In this document: positions 30,192 to 41,056 of the stretch, one piece after another
Layout of the letters: each line of letters starts with the position of its first letter
How positions within the stretch are numbered: position 1 is the stretch's first letter
DNA from: an uncultured Pelagibacteraceae bacterium
GTDB lineage: Bacteria > Pseudomonadota > Alphaproteobacteria > Pelagibacterales > Pelagibacteraceae
Length of the DNA: 64,000 nt
Assembly (NCBI GenBank): GCA_902633185.1
Contig: CACPFN010000006.1
Coordinates: 1,530-65,529 of the forward strand
Direction of reading: 5' to 3'
The notes under the pieces: model-generated
Database searches by the model: none
What the model was told of the DNA's origin: nothing
What the model saw: the letters and a program-made list of their open reading frames with translations, nothing else
Made by a program: the position numbers and the translations under genes

Positions 30192-30970
30192 GTAAGTTAA
30201 AAAATATTTCATTTGTATTAATATTCTCTATTATCGTACTAAATTCATCTAACTCTGCTGAAAAATCAACTCCTTTTTTAGAGACTAAGTGGACTTTCAA
30301 AGGTCTCTTTGGAAAATTCGATAGAGCATCCCTGCAAAGGGGTTATCAAGTGTATACAGAAGTATGTGCATCTTGTCATTCTATGAAATATTTAACCTAT
30401 AGAAATTTAGCAGAAAAGGGTGGACCAGAATTTTCTGAAGCAGAGGCCAAAGCAATTGCTGCAAGTTTTGAGGTAACAGATGGCCCGGACAGCACTGGAG
30501 AAATGTTTGTAAGACCAGCTAAATTATCTGACAAATTCGTAATGCCATATGCTAATGAACAAGAAGCTAAAGCTGCTAATGGTGGTGCTTATCCACCAGA
30601 TATGTCAGTTCTAGTTAAGGCAAGAAAGGGCGGAGCAGATTATATTTATTCCTTATTGTTAGGATATTCTGAACCACCAGAAGGTGTAGAACTTGATGAT
30701 GGTGTTTATTACAATAAGTACATGTATGGTAATAAAATTAAAATGCCAGCTCCTTTATCTGATGATTTAATTGAGTATACAGATGGAACAAAAGCTACAG
30801 CTGAGCAAATGTCTAAAGATGTTACGAATTTTCTGATGTGGTCAGCAGAACCACATTTAGAGCAAAGACATAAAACAGGATTTAGAGTTATAGCTTATTT
30901 GATAATATTGACTGTACTGGTTTACTTTACAATGAAGAAGATATGGTCACGTGTTGAACCTAAAGTTTAG
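30188..30970 (+). CDS. petC: Cytochrome c1
   Basis: QRGYQVY, CASCH, PPDMS, C-terminal TM. Confidence 0.96.
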   Translation: MSKLKNISFVLIFSIIVLNSSNSAEKSTPFLETKWTFKGLFGKFDRASLQRGYQVYTEVCASCHSMKYLTYRNLAEKGGPEFSEAEAKAIAASFEVTDGPDSTGEMFVRPAKLSDKFVMPYANEQEAKAANGGAYPPDMSVLVKARKGGADYIYSLLLGYSEPPEGVELDDGVYYNKYMYGNKIKMPAPLSDDLIEYTDGTKATAEQMSKDVTNFLMWSAEPHLEQRHKTGFRVIAYLIILTVLVYFTMKKIWSRVEPKV

Positions 30971-32020
30971 AACATCCCCATCTTTAACAATATAATCTTT
31001 ACCTTCTAATCTCATTTTACCATTTTCTCTAGATTTTAACCAACCTCCATTACTAACAAAATCTTGATAAGACACAGTTTCTGCTCTTATAAAACCTTTT
31101 TCAAAATCTGTATGAATTATACCTGCTGCTTGAGGCGCCATGCAATTTTTGTTAATTGTCCAAGCCCTTGTCTCCTCAACTCCTGAAGTAAAAAACGTCT
31201 CTAAAGATAAAAGGTCATATCCTTTTTTAATTAATAAATTTAATCCAGTATCATCGACATTGATCATTTTCATATAGTTTTTTCTTTCTTCATTTTCTAA
31301 TTCATTTAATTGATTTTCTATTTCAGCTGAAATAGTTAGTGTATTTTTAGAACCATATTTTTCAATAAATCTTTTTGTATAATCGTTCCCTTTATCAATG
31401 CTATTTTCGTCAACATTACAAACATACAAATTAGGCTTTATTGACAATAATCCTGACAATCTAACATCTTTTTTATCAAATTCATCGTATAATTTGTTTA
31501 TATCATTATTATCATTAATTAAATTCTGAGCTCTTTCTAGAATTTGGTTTTGATTTTCATCATTATTTTTTTTATTTTTCTTATCTAGTCTTTTTTGAAT
31601 AGACTCCAAATCTGCTAAAGACATTTCCGTTTCAATTATTTCTAAATCTCTAATTGGATCAACTGTTGGATTTACATTTTGAATATCATCTGAGTCAAAA
31701 CATCTAATTAAATGAATAACGGCATCTACTTCTCTTATATGGGATAAGAATTTATTACCCAATCCTTCACCTTTAGAGGCTCCTTCTACTAATCCCGCTA
31801 TATCAACAAAAGATATTGTAGTATTTATTTTTTTTTTTGAATTTGAAATTTTAACCAATTCATCTAACCTATAATCTGGCACAGGAACTATACCTATATT
31901 TGGATCTATCGTACAAAAAGGAAAATTTGCAGCTTGAGCTTTACTCGAATTTGTAAGTGCATTAAATAAGGTAGATTTACCAACATTTGGTAAACCAACT
32001 ATACCACACTTAAAACCCAT
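30947..32020 (-). CDS. ychF: Redox-regulated ATPase YchF
   Basis: GIVGLPNVGKST, NFPFCTIDPN, DIAGLV, IHTDFEKGFIRAE. Confidence 0.97.
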   Translation of the reverse strand: MGFKCGIVGLPNVGKSTLFNALTNSSKAQAANFPFCTIDPNIGIVPVPDYRLDELVKISNSKKKINTTISFVDIAGLVEGASKGEGLGNKFLSHIREVDAVIHLIRCFDSDDIQNVNPTVDPIRDLEIIETEMSLADLESIQKRLDKKNKKNNDENQNQILERAQNLINDNNDINKLYDEFDKKDVRLSGLLSIKPNLYVCNVDENSIDKGNDYTKRFIEKYGSKNTLTISAEIENQLNELENEERKNYMKMINVDDTGLNLLIKKGYDLLSLETFFTSGVEETRAWTINKNCMAPQAAGIIHTDFEKGFIRAETVSYQDFVSNGGWLKSRENGKMRLEGKDYIVKDGDVLNFRFNT

Positions 32021-32581
32021 TTAATTGTTGTTAACTTTGCTTGAGAATAAATCTAATTTTTTATCTATCAAAATAGCAATAGAGTCAATTATATTGTGAG
32101 TAATTTTTTCTAAGTGTTCTTGTTCATCATCAGAAAAATCATTTAAAACAAAATCCGATACAGACATTTTATTCTCTGGCTTTCCAATCCCAATCCTCAC
32201 TCTTGAATAGTCTTTTCCAATAAATTTATCTATTGAAGCAACTCCATTGTGACCTGCACTTGATCCACCAAATTTTGCTTTTATTTTTCCAAACTCTACA
32301 TCTAGATCATCATGAAAAACAATAACATCTTCTGCATCTATTTTGAAATATTCAAGCAATTCTCTGATACATATTCCTGAGTTGTTCATGAAAGTGAGAG
32401 GCTTGATAGCATAAATTTTCTTTTCCCCAATATTACCTGTTGTAAGTAAACCCTTAAATTTTGGCTTTTGCTTTGAAAGACCAAATTTTTGATTTATGGC
32501 ATCTACAACTTTAAAACCTATATTATGTCTATTATTATGACTGTTTGGGGTTGGATTGCCCAAACCTACGAGTAACAACAT
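32021..32581 (-). CDS. pth: Peptidyl-tRNA hydrolase
   Basis: GLGNP, RHNIGF, FMNNSG, HDDLD, GHNG. Confidence 0.96.
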   Translation of the reverse strand: MLLLVGLGNPTPNSHNNRHNIGFKVVDAINQKFGLSKQKPKFKGLLTTGNIGEKKIYAIKPLTFMNNSGICIRELLEYFKIDAEDVIVFHDDLDVEFGKIKAKFGGSSAGHNGVASIDKFIGKDYSRVRIGIGKPENKMSVSDFVLNDFSDDEQEHLEKITHNIIDSIAILIDKKLDLFSSKVNNN

Positions 32582-32609
32582 TTTATTTTATTATTATTTT
32601 CACAGATTA

Positions 32610-33326
32610 TTATTTTTTCTCTGCTGGAGCTTTTCCTTCTTCTTTTCCTTTATCACCATCTGCAGCTTTTTCTGCACCTTCTTCAGGTTTAGCGTCTCCT
32701 TCCGTAGCCGCCTCCGCAGTTTCTCCACCTTCTCCCTCAGCTTCTGCTGGTTTTTCAGGTTCTTTAACAACTGTTGGTGCTGCTACTGTCGCGATTACAA
32801 AGTCTCTTCCTTGAATTGTAGGTGTTACATTTTCAGGTAAGTTTATAAAAGATATTTTAATACTTGCTCCAATATCTAAGTTATTTAGATCTACAACCAA
32901 CTCTGTTGGTATGTTTTCTGTAGGACATCTCAATTCAACTTTACGTCTTACGATATTCAAAACCCCACCTCTTTTTAATCCTGGTGACAATTCGTGGTTT
33001 ATAAATTTAACTGGAATTTCTAAAATTACTTTTGCACCTTTAACAATTCTTAAAAAATCTAAGTGTATAGGCTCATCTGTAACCGTATCAAAATCAATAA
33101 CTCTTGGTAAAACTTTTTGTTCTTTGCCATCAATATTTATTGAAATTATATTTGATAAAATATTTTCTTTAATTAATAAATTTTTTACTTCCTTAACAGA
33201 AACAGAGATTTTTTGATTTGGTTCTTCTCCTCCATAAATTATTCCTGGAACCATACCTTTGTTTCTAAGTGATTTTACTTCTCCCTTAGTTTTTGATTCT
33301 CTTATTGTGGCCGCTAATAAACTCAT
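32610..33326 (-). CDS. rplY: 50S ribosomal protein L25/Ctc
   Basis: VPGIIYGG, HLDFLR, GLKRGG; acidic tail. Confidence 0.95.
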   Translation of the reverse strand: MSLLAATIRESKTKGEVKSLRNKGMVPGIIYGGEEPNQKISVSVKEVKNLLIKENILSNIISINIDGKEQKVLPRVIDFDTVTDEPIHLDFLRIVKGAKVILEIPVKFINHELSPGLKRGGVLNIVRRKVELRCPTENIPTELVVDLNNLDIGASIKISFINLPENVTPTIQGRDFVIATVAAPTVVKEPEKPAEAEGEGGETAEAATEGDAKPEEGAEKAADGDKGKEEGKAPAEKK

Positions 33327-33371
33327 AAAGTGACGGGTTTTTAACTTATGAAACTAAATTTTACAAGTAAA

Positions 33372-34304
33372 TTATTTAAATAGATCTGATACTGAAGTAG
33401 AATTTGATATTCTTTTAATAGCTTCACCAACTAAATTAGAGATTGTTAATACCTCAATATTCTTAGCTTTTTTAACTTTTGTCGAATTATCTATTGTATC
33501 AGTTACAACTAAGTTTTTTATCGAAGATTTCTTAATTTTTTCAACAGCATTACCACTTAATACACCATGTGTTACATACACATGAACATCTTTAGCTCCT
33601 CTTTTTTTTAATTCTGAAGCTGCATTTACAATTGTTCCACCAGAGTCGATTATATCATCAACTAATATACAAGTTTTATTTTTCACATTTCCAATTACAT
33701 TCATCACTTCTGATTTTCCAGGAGCAGGTCTTCTTTTGTCTACTATTGCTAAATCTACATTTAACAATTTTCCTAAAGCCCTCGCTCTTGCGGTACCACC
33801 GACATCTGGAGCAACACAGATTATATTATTTTTTTTTAATTTCTTTTTTATATGTCTAGCAAATATTGGAGTTGCAAATAAGTTATCTACTGGAATATCA
33901 AAAAATCCTTGAATTTGTCCAGAGTGTAAATCAACTGTAACGACTCTATCTGCTCCTGCTTTTGCAATAAGATTAGACACAAGTTTTGCAGATATGGATG
34001 TTCTAGGAACTACCTTTCTATCTTGTCTTGCATATCCAAAATATGGGATCACAGCAGTTATGTTTTTGGCTGATGATCTTTTTAAAGCATCAATCGATAG
34101 TAGTAATTCCATTAAATTGTCATTTGCAGGAGATGAAACGGATTGAATTAAAAAAATACTATTACCTCTGATATTTTCATTAATTTCAATATAGATTTCT
34201 CCGTCTGCAAATTTTCTTATATTTGAATTCACAAGTCTATTTTTCAAAAATTTAGATATTTTTTGACTGAGATTTTTATTACTGTTTCCTGTGAGAATTT
34301 TCAT
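33372..34304 (-). CDS. prs: Ribose-phosphate pyrophosphokinase
   Basis: FADGE, YFGYARQDR, DLHSGQIQGFF, VDDIIDSGGT. Confidence 0.97.
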   Translation of the reverse strand: MKILTGNSNKNLSQKISKFLKNRLVNSNIRKFADGEIYIEINENIRGNSIFLIQSVSSPANDNLMELLLSIDALKRSSAKNITAVIPYFGYARQDRKVVPRTSISAKLVSNLIAKAGADRVVTVDLHSGQIQGFFDIPVDNLFATPIFARHIKKKLKKNNIICVAPDVGGTARARALGKLLNVDLAIVDKRRPAPGKSEVMNVIGNVKNKTCILVDDIIDSGGTIVNAASELKKRGAKDVHVYVTHGVLSGNAVEKIKKSSIKNLVVTDTIDNSTKVKKAKNIEVLTISNLVGEAIKRISNSTSVSDLFK

Positions 34305-34314
34305 CCGAGATGAC

Positions 34315-35067
34315 CTATTTAATCATAATTGCAGAAATATTTCTACCATAATCGTTATTCTTATTTTTTTTTGATCTCCTAGAACTAAAAAAGTTATTTT
34401 TTAGAGCGTAGGTATCTTTTCTTATTATATCTATTTTTTTAACTCCATTTTCATAAAATTGAGATTTTATATATTCACTTAAATCAAAAAAAATTTTTTT
34501 CTTTTTAAATGTGAAGAAATTTATATTTTTTTTGTTTTTGTTCTTAAACAATTTAAAAAAATCATCTTTTACTTCGTAGCTGTTTTTTTTTATACATGGC
34601 CCAATGCAAGCAATCATATCTTTCTCTGAGCATCCATTTTTTTTTAAAAGCTGAATTGTTTTTTTTACTATTCCTTTAAAAGCACCTTTCCACCCAGCAT
34701 GTATTGCACCAACAAATTTTTGCTTTTTTTCTATAATTAGAATTGGTGCACAATCTGCAGTGAGTATACTAATCGCAATATTTCGCTTATTTGTAATCAT
34801 CGCATCTCCAGTCAATCTTTTTTTTGGAACACCACTTATTTTATAAACTTTGTTACTGTGAATTTGATTAAGAGAAACTAGATTTTTACTTGTGCAGCCT
34901 ATTTTTTTTGAAACTATTTTTAAATTTTTACTTATATTAGTAATTTTATCATCTGAACCTTTTCCACAATTTAAACTTTTGTAGATTCCTTTTGAGGTAC
35001 CACCCAATCTATTAAAAAAATAATGTGAAATAGATTTTTGATCTCTAAAAATTTTTGACTTAATCAC
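34315..35067 (-). CDS. pgeF: PgeF/YfiH (laccase-domain purine nucleoside enzyme)
   Basis: SLNCG, QIHS, TADCAP, HAGWKG, IGPCI, FFSSRR. Confidence 0.9.
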   Translation of the reverse strand: MIKSKIFRDQKSISHYFFNRLGGTSKGIYKSLNCGKGSDDKITNISKNLKIVSKKIGCTSKNLVSLNQIHSNKVYKISGVPKKRLTGDAMITNKRNIAISILTADCAPILIIEKKQKFVGAIHAGWKGAFKGIVKKTIQLLKKNGCSEKDMIACIGPCIKKNSYEVKDDFFKLFKNKNKKNINFFTFKKKKIFFDLSEYIKSQFYENGVKKIDIIRKDTYALKNNFFSSRRSKKNKNNDYGRNISAIMIK

Positions 35068-36104
35068 TTAAAACCCAAATTAAAATTATTTTTGGATTTG
35101 CTTACAAATAATACTTTAAACAAAGAGCCCATATATTTTTCGTCAATTAATCTTTTTATTCTATAAAATATGTCAGCTTTCTTACTAAATTGTAAATTTT
35201 TACTCATTATCTCAGCTCTTTTTAATATTCCTAATTTAATTAAGAAATTACCTTGGGTTGTTATTAAAGATTTCAAATTAGAATTTGCAAACTCTTTCTT
35301 GTACATTTTAAAATTTATTAAATGAGTAATATCTGAGTTATAGGGGTTTTCTAAAAAACTAATTTTTCTATGCTTCTCAACACTTTGCAAGGTGTTTTTC
35401 ATTTTCCCGTTGGTAAAACCATAGTCTATCATTAATAAACCACCATTATTTTTAAAAATAAATTTTGCTATTTCATTAACAAATTTCATTGCTGAGGGTG
35501 AATATTCAACAAATTTTTCTTTTTTTATATCCTTACCTAAATATTTCTCAATTATTTTTGATGACACTTTTTGATCACAAACTTCGAACTTATTTTTTTT
35601 ATATGCTACATATTTTTCATACCAATTATTACTTTTCTTTAAATATTGTTTGATAGGAAATGCATCAAAAAATTCATTAGCCAAGAATATAGTTGGAGCT
35701 TTTGGAATTTCTTTTAAATTTTTAATCCATCGTACTTTTTCCTTATCTATTTTACTTTTCTGAATTTTTATCAGTAATGGACTTTTTTCTAAAATTAAGT
35801 AATTGGCAGATAAATTAATTTCACTAAAATTATTTAAAGTTTTTATAATTTGTGACATCATCTCACCGTTGCCTGCACCCAGTTCTATAATATTTATTTT
35901 TTTTGGTTTTTTTAAGTTCTCCCAAAATGAAATTAACCAAATAGATATCATTTCTGAAAAAAGAACAGAAATATTGGGAGATGTTATGAAGTCACCTTTT
36001 TTTCCGAAAGGATTTTTTTTAATATAATAACCATTATCCTTGTCATACAAAGATTTGTAAATAAATTTATCTAATGAGATTTTTTTATTGTGTCCTATTA
36101 GCAT
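35064..36104 (-). CDS. SAM-dependent methyltransferase, MidA/NDUFAF7 family
   Basis: GYY, GDFITSP, ELGAGNG, ANEFFDAFP, IDYG, MGSLFKV. Confidence 0.9.
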   Translation of the reverse strand: MLIGHNKKISLDKFIYKSLYDKDNGYYIKKNPFGKKGDFITSPNISVLFSEMISIWLISFWENLKKPKKINIIELGAGNGEMMSQIIKTLNNFSEINLSANYLILEKSPLLIKIQKSKIDKEKVRWIKNLKEIPKAPTIFLANEFFDAFPIKQYLKKSNNWYEKYVAYKKNKFEVCDQKVSSKIIEKYLGKDIKKEKFVEYSPSAMKFVNEIAKFIFKNNGGLLMIDYGFTNGKMKNTLQSVEKHRKISFLENPYNSDITHLINFKMYKKEFANSNLKSLITTQGNFLIKLGILKRAEIMSKNLQFSKKADIFYRIKRLIDEKYMGSLFKVLFVSKSKNNFNLGFK

Positions 36105-36861
36105 TTTTATAATTGATGATAATTAATCCGCAGGTTAGTGCTATACAACTTATTATTTGCCCCATACTCAAATTGAAAAATAAATATCCTAATTGTTGAT
36201 CTGGTTCTCTGAAGAACTCGATAACAAATCTAAAAAAAGAGTATAAAATTAAAAAATACCCCGAAATAATACCAGGTGTATTCCTTAATCTACTAAACAA
36301 CATTCTTAAAATAATAAATAGAACAACTCCCTCAAAAATTGCTTCATAAATTTGTGAAGGATGTCGATTTAAATCATCAATTTTTATAAACTTTACCGAC
36401 CATGGTACATTTGTTTCTATGCCATAAAGTTCTGAATTTATGAAATTTGATATTCTTCCTAAAAAAATTCCTATAGGAGAACAAACAGCAACCACATCTA
36501 AATAGCTAAAAATATTTTGATTTTTATTTTTGCAGAATAAATGAGTTCCTATAATAATTCCAATTAGTGCACCGTGAAATGACATGCCTCCTTGCCAAAT
36601 TTTTATAATCTCAACTGGATTACTAATAAAATAAATTGGGTCATAAATAATTACATATCCAAGTCTTCCACCAAGGATGATACTTATGATCAAATAAGTT
36701 ATATAATCGTCGAAATATTCTTTTTGAGTGCTATCTTTGATTAGTTTGTTTTTTGCAAAATACCAACCAAATACTAAGCCAAATATATAAGACAAGGAAT
36801 ACCATCTAATTTCTAATGAAAAGATCTCAAAAGCGACTGGGTCAAAATTATTAATAAACAT
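36085..36861 (-). CDS. lgt: Prolipoprotein diacylglyceryl transferase
   Basis: GGRLGYV, GGMSFHG, GRISNFINSELYG, HPSQIYE, EFFREPD. Confidence 0.96.
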   Translation of the reverse strand: MFINNFDPVAFEIFSLEIRWYSLSYIFGLVFGWYFAKNKLIKDSTQKEYFDDYITYLIISIILGGRLGYVIIYDPIYFISNPVEIIKIWQGGMSFHGALIGIIIGTHLFCKNKNQNIFSYLDVVAVCSPIGIFLGRISNFINSELYGIETNVPWSVKFIKIDDLNRHPSQIYEAIFEGVVLFIILRMLFSRLRNTPGIISGYFLILYSFFRFVIEFFREPDQQLGYLFFNLSMGQIISCIALTCGLIIINYKNANRTQ

Positions 36862-36909
36862 TTAATTGTAATATTATAAATATTACTTAAACTTTGATAA
36901 GAAATTATT

Positions 36910-37152
36910 ATGTCAAAATCAAGATTCGTATTTGATAAATTTGCAAAATTTTTGGAAGAGGGACTGGTCAATTACAAAGATTTTAGTGATGAAGTCGTAA
37001 ATATTTTACGATCAAAAAAAGAGGAAATTATTCTTAAAATGAATTTAGTAAGTAAAGACGAAATAGATATATTAAATAAAAGAATTGAAATACTAGAAAA
37101 AAAAATTGCTGAAAAAAAAATTAAAAAAAAAACTAAACGGGCAAAGAAATAA
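36910..37152 (+). CDS. Small coiled-coil protein, probable UbiK/BMFP family
   Basis: KMNLVSKDE.D followed by a coiled coil; divergent from lgt as in other alphaproteobacteria. Confidence 0.65.
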   Translation: MSKSRFVFDKFAKFLEEGLVNYKDFSDEVVNILRSKKEEIILKMNLVSKDEIDILNKRIEILEKKIAEKKIKKKTKRAKK

Positions 37153-38455
37153 TAACTTTTAATCCACCTAAACTAGACTTATCAAATTTAAGATCTCCCC
37201 CATGTGATTTTATGACATCTGATGATATAGCTAAGCCAAGACCAACACTTGACTTTGTTTCAGATCTACTTTTATCAATTTTATAAAATGGCTTCAAAAC
37301 ATTTTGATGTTCTTTCTGTGGTATTCCTGGACCATCATCCTCTATTGAGATACTAATAGTTGATCTTCCTTTTTTTAGATACAATTCAACATTGTCAGCA
37401 AATTTTAGAGAATTATCTATAAGGTTATTAATACACCTACTAATTAAATTCTTTCTTCCATCAAAATAAATCCTCTCTTTTAAGAAATATTTTATATTTG
37501 GTTTCTCATATTTTTTACAAATATCTTCAAGAAGAACAGAAATATCAAACGTTTCAGTCTTATCTTTTGCCCCAGATCTTGCGAATTGAAGATATTCATT
37601 TAACATTTTTTCCATTTCATCAACATCTCTTGAGAGTTTTTCTACGACACTCTTATCTTTAATCATTGCTATTTGAAGTTTTATCCTTGTCAAAGGAGTT
37701 CTTAAATCGTGGCTGATACCGGATAGCATCTCAGATCTTTGGTTAAGATGTCTAATTATTCTTTTTCTCATTTTGTCAAACTCTAAACCAGCTTTTCGGA
37801 TTTCGAGTGCTCCAGAAGGTCTAAATTCGTCAATATCTTCTCCTCGACCAAATCTTTCAGATGCTTCTGCAAGTTTTGTTATAGGTCTAGTTTGATTCTT
37901 TAGAAAAATTATTGCTACTGCTATCATTAACAATGCTGGTAATGTTATCCAAAGTCCAAATAATCTGGCTGAACTTGTAGTAAGTCTGTCTCTTGGAATA
38001 TAAAATTGAAAATAGCCTTTTGAATATCCTATTTTTAAATCAACAACCTCTTTAAAGTTAGTTGTATCAAACCAATAAGTTAAATTTTTTTTCTTTAATT
38101 CTCTCCTAAGTGATCGATCCACTGGGCTGAACCATCTTTCTGGTATTTTATCTGGTAAGATTTTATCTTTTTCATATTTGATATTAAAACCCAAGTGTTC
38201 TTTGAATAAAATTATTATAAAATCTTTGTTCGTTTCATCGTTATCATAAGCATCTACAAAAGTTTTGACTTCAGAGACCAATGCTCTTGTCATTCCAGAA
38301 TTTGTTTTGATCCAAAGACTATCAAAAAAAACTAAAGAGATAGTTATTTGCATAACTACTATTGGAACAGCGACTATGAGTAAACCTCTATAAAAAAGTC
38401 TTTTAGGTAAGATATTTTTTATATATTTACTCAATCCATAAAACATAACCTTCAC
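37133..38455 (-). CDS. EnvZ-like sensor histidine kinase
   Basis: 2 TM, HAMP, H-box SHDLRTPLTR, N-box NLIDN, DDGPG, GLGL; start may be slightly downstream. Confidence 0.93.
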   Translation of the reverse strand: MKVMFYGLSKYIKNILPKRLFYRGLLIVAVPIVVMQITISLVFFDSLWIKTNSGMTRALVSEVKTFVDAYDNDETNKDFIIILFKEHLGFNIKYEKDKILPDKIPERWFSPVDRSLRRELKKKNLTYWFDTTNFKEVVDLKIGYSKGYFQFYIPRDRLTTSSARLFGLWITLPALLMIAVAIIFLKNQTRPITKLAEASERFGRGEDIDEFRPSGALEIRKAGLEFDKMRKRIIRHLNQRSEMLSGISHDLRTPLTRIKLQIAMIKDKSVVEKLSRDVDEMEKMLNEYLQFARSGAKDKTETFDISVLLEDICKKYEKPNIKYFLKERIYFDGRKNLISRCINNLIDNSLKFADNVELYLKKGRSTISISIEDDGPGIPQKEHQNVLKPFYKIDKSRSETKSSVGLGLAISSDVIKSHGGDLKFDKSSLGGLKVIISLPV

Positions 38456-39104
38456 CTCTTATTGTTTGTAAATAATTTGGGCTTTTGGGATTTTCTTCAA
38501 TTTTCTTTCTAAGTCTTGTAATTATTACATCAACTGATCTCTCTTTATCAATTTTTATAAGATTTCCTATTTCCTCTCTTTTAAATATCTTTCCAGGAGA
38601 ATTAACCATTTTATCTAAAATTATTTTTTCTGTATTATTGATTTTTATTGATTTATCATTTTTCAAAATAAACTGCTTGTTAAGATCTATTTCAATTTTA
38701 CCAAATTTAAATTTTCTTTTTGTATTTCTATATTTTGTTTTATTTAAGATATTATTAATTCTAAGTATTAATTCTTTCGGTTCAAAAGGTTTTGGAAGGT
38801 AATCGTCTGCACCAATATCTAAACCCTCTATTCTCTCTGAGGCCTCACCTTTTGCTGTTAAAAGAATTATTGGGGTTGAAATTTTGTCTTTATTTTCTTT
38901 TGTAAATTCCAAACCACTTTTGCCTGGCATCATTATATCAAGAACTATTAAATCAAATTTTATAACTTTAACTTTTTCATGAGCATCTTCGGCGCTATTT
39001 GAACTAGTTACGAGATAGTTATTTTGAGATAGGTATTCTTTAACTAATTCTCTTATGCCATCATCATCATCTACAACTAAAATATGTGCTTTAAATTTTT
39101 CCAT
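38427..39104 (-). CDS. OmpR-family response regulator (PetR-like)
   Basis: VVDDD, LDIMMPG, GADDYLPKPF, winged-helix RLRKKIE...TIRGEGY. Confidence 0.94.
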   Translation of the reverse strand: MEKFKAHILVVDDDDGIRELVKEYLSQNNYLVTSSNSAEDAHEKVKVIKFDLIVLDIMMPGKSGLEFTKENKDKISTPIILLTAKGEASERIEGLDIGADDYLPKPFEPKELILRINNILNKTKYRNTKRKFKFGKIEIDLNKQFILKNDKSIKINNTEKIILDKMVNSPGKIFKREEIGNLIKIDKERSVDVIITRLRKKIEENPKSPNYLQTIRGEGYVLWIE

Positions 39105-39534
39105 TAATTATTTTTTTTAAAACATTGTCAAAACTGACAACCTCATTTGCTTTTGATGCTGAGAATGCTTGATAAATCCTTTTCTTTTGAGCCGAGAAAA
39201 TTTCATTAAATAATTTCTCTCCTTCTTCTGTTAAGTAGACATGCTTTATTCTCGTATCTACTTGGTCTTTTTCATATTTTATAGCTTTTAGATTTATTAA
39301 ATCTTTCAAAACTCTATTCAAACTTTGCTTTGTAACTTTCAACTTTCTTAAGAGGTCTGATATTGTAATACCCTCATATAATGAAATTAAGTGAATAACC
39401 TTATTATGTGCGACACCTATGGAGTATTTATTCAATACATTTTTAGCATCTGAGACTGTCTCTCTGTAGCCAAGAAATATTTTTTCAATATATTGTTTGA
39501 GATCCTCATCTTTTAAATATAAAAGTTTTTTCAT
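39091..39534 (-). CDS. MarR-family regulator (PetP-like)
   Basis: L.VTKQSLNRVLKDL, DTR...VYLTEEG; divergent from ilvE. Confidence 0.88.
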   Translation of the reverse strand: MKKLLYLKDEDLKQYIEKIFLGYRETVSDAKNVLNKYSIGVAHNKVIHLISLYEGITISDLLRKLKVTKQSLNRVLKDLINLKAIKYEKDQVDTRIKHVYLTEEGEKLFNEIFSAQKKRIYQAFSASKANEVVSFDNVLKKIINGKI

Positions 39535-39593
39535 ATTGGTAAGTTATATTGACATATTATATATACAAATATATTTTTTTATAAAATTAAATA

Positions 39594-40475
39594 ATGATAC
39601 CTTTTGATAAACGATCAGGAAAAATTTGGTACAATAATGAGCTTGTTGAATGGCAAGATGCAAAATGCCATGTAATCAGTCATGGACTTCACTATGCAAG
39701 TTTAGTTTTTGAAGGTGAAAGAGTATACGACGGAGAAATATTTAAGCTAGAAGAGCATACAGATAGATTATTTTATTCTGCAAAAAGATTAGACATTAAT
39801 ATTCCTTATACAAAAGACGAAATAAATGAAGCTTCTAAAAAAATAGTAGCAGTTCAAAATATTCAAAATGGATATGTAAGACCATTTGCGTGGAGAGGAA
39901 GCGAGATGATGGGTGTGTCTGCTCAGAAAAATACAATTAATGTAGCAATAGCGACGTGGGAATGGCCTGCGTATTTTGATCCAAAATTAAAAGCTGAAGG
40001 AATAAGCTTAAATATTTCTAAATGGAGAAGACCCGCTCCAAATACTATTCCTTGGGATGCAAAAGCAGCAGGATTATATATGATTTGTACTCTTTCAAAA
40101 CACGAAGCTGAACAACAAGGTTATTCTGAATCATTAATGTTAGATTTTGAAGGTAATGTTGCAGAAGGAACAAGTGCAAATATTTTTTTTAAAGATAAAA
40201 ATAATGAATTGCATACACCAACACCAGATTCCTTTTTAAATGGTATTACAAGACAAGCGGTAATTGAGCTAGCAAAATCAAAAAATATTAAAGTTCATGA
40301 AAGAAAAATTTCTCCAGATGAACTAGGTAATTTTGATGGATGTTTCTTAACTGGTACAGCAGCTGAAATAACACCTGTTGCAAGCATTGCAGATCACAAA
40401 TACAAAATTTGTGATGTTATATTAGGATTATCAAAAAGTTTTGATCAGTTGGTTAGACAGAAAAAAGCTGCCTAA
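39594..40475 (+). CDS. ilvE: Branched-chain amino acid aminotransferase
   Basis: HGLHYASLVFEGER, YVRP, AKAAGLY, EGTSANIF, LNGITR, GTAAE. Confidence 0.94.
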   Translation: MIPFDKRSGKIWYNNELVEWQDAKCHVISHGLHYASLVFEGERVYDGEIFKLEEHTDRLFYSAKRLDINIPYTKDEINEASKKIVAVQNIQNGYVRPFAWRGSEMMGVSAQKNTINVAIATWEWPAYFDPKLKAEGISLNISKWRRPAPNTIPWDAKAAGLYMICTLSKHEAEQQGYSESLMLDFEGNVAEGTSANIFFKDKNNELHTPTPDSFLNGITRQAVIELAKSKNIKVHERKISPDELGNFDGCFLTGTAAEITPVASIADHKYKICDVILGLSKSFDQLVRQKKAA

Positions 40476-41056
40476 TCCTTATTATCTTCAGATATTGCAT
40501 GGTCTATTCCTTTTCTAAGATAATCATATCCAGTATAGAGCGTTAAAAACGCAGAAAGCCATAAAATAATAATGCCAATTGTTTGAGCATTATAATCTTG
40601 AAAATTAATTAATTTATTTCCAGTTTCTCCAGTTAAAAGTATTGCTATCGAAAACATCTGCAGGAATGTTTTAAGCTTTGCTAAATTAGAAACAGGAAGC
40701 TTTATCTTCCCTTTTGCAAGAAACTCTCTTAATCCTGAAATTAGTATTTCCCTTGTTAGAATTATAATAGCTGCAATAACTTCGTAATTTTTTATTGTTT
40801 GGTCCATAACTAATAAAATTAATGCAGTTGCAACAATAATTTTATCAGCTATTGGATCTAAAAGTTCTCCAAGTTTAGACTCTTCTTTAAACATCCTTGC
40901 CAAAAGACCATCTAAAAAATCTGTAAATGAGGCAATTAAAAAAAGAGCAAACGGTATTACGTCTCCATAAAATCCTGGAAGATAGAATGTAAAAACAAAT
41001 ATCGGAACAATTATTATACGTCCAATTGTTAAATAATTAGGTATTTTAAATTTCAT
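40472..41056 (-). CDS. pgsA: CDP-diacylglycerol--glycerol-3-phosphate 3-phosphatidyltransferase
   Basis: [15 protein letters not shown]...G..LDPIADK; follows uvrC. Confidence 0.95.
   Translation of the reverse strand: MKFKIPNYLTIGRIIIVPIFVFTFYLPGFYGDVIPFALFLIASFTDFLDGLLARMFKEESKLGELLDPIADKIIVATALILLVMDQTIKNYEVIAAIIILTREILISGLREFLAKGKIKLPVSNLAKLKTFLQMFSIAILLTGETGNKLINFQDYNAQTIGIIILWLSAFLTLYTGYDYLRKGIDHAISEDNKD

Noticed and set aside
32610-32770. GC-richer, repetitive Glu/Ala/Lys/Gly stretch
   Set aside because: Ordinary low-complexity acidic tail of L25/Ctc
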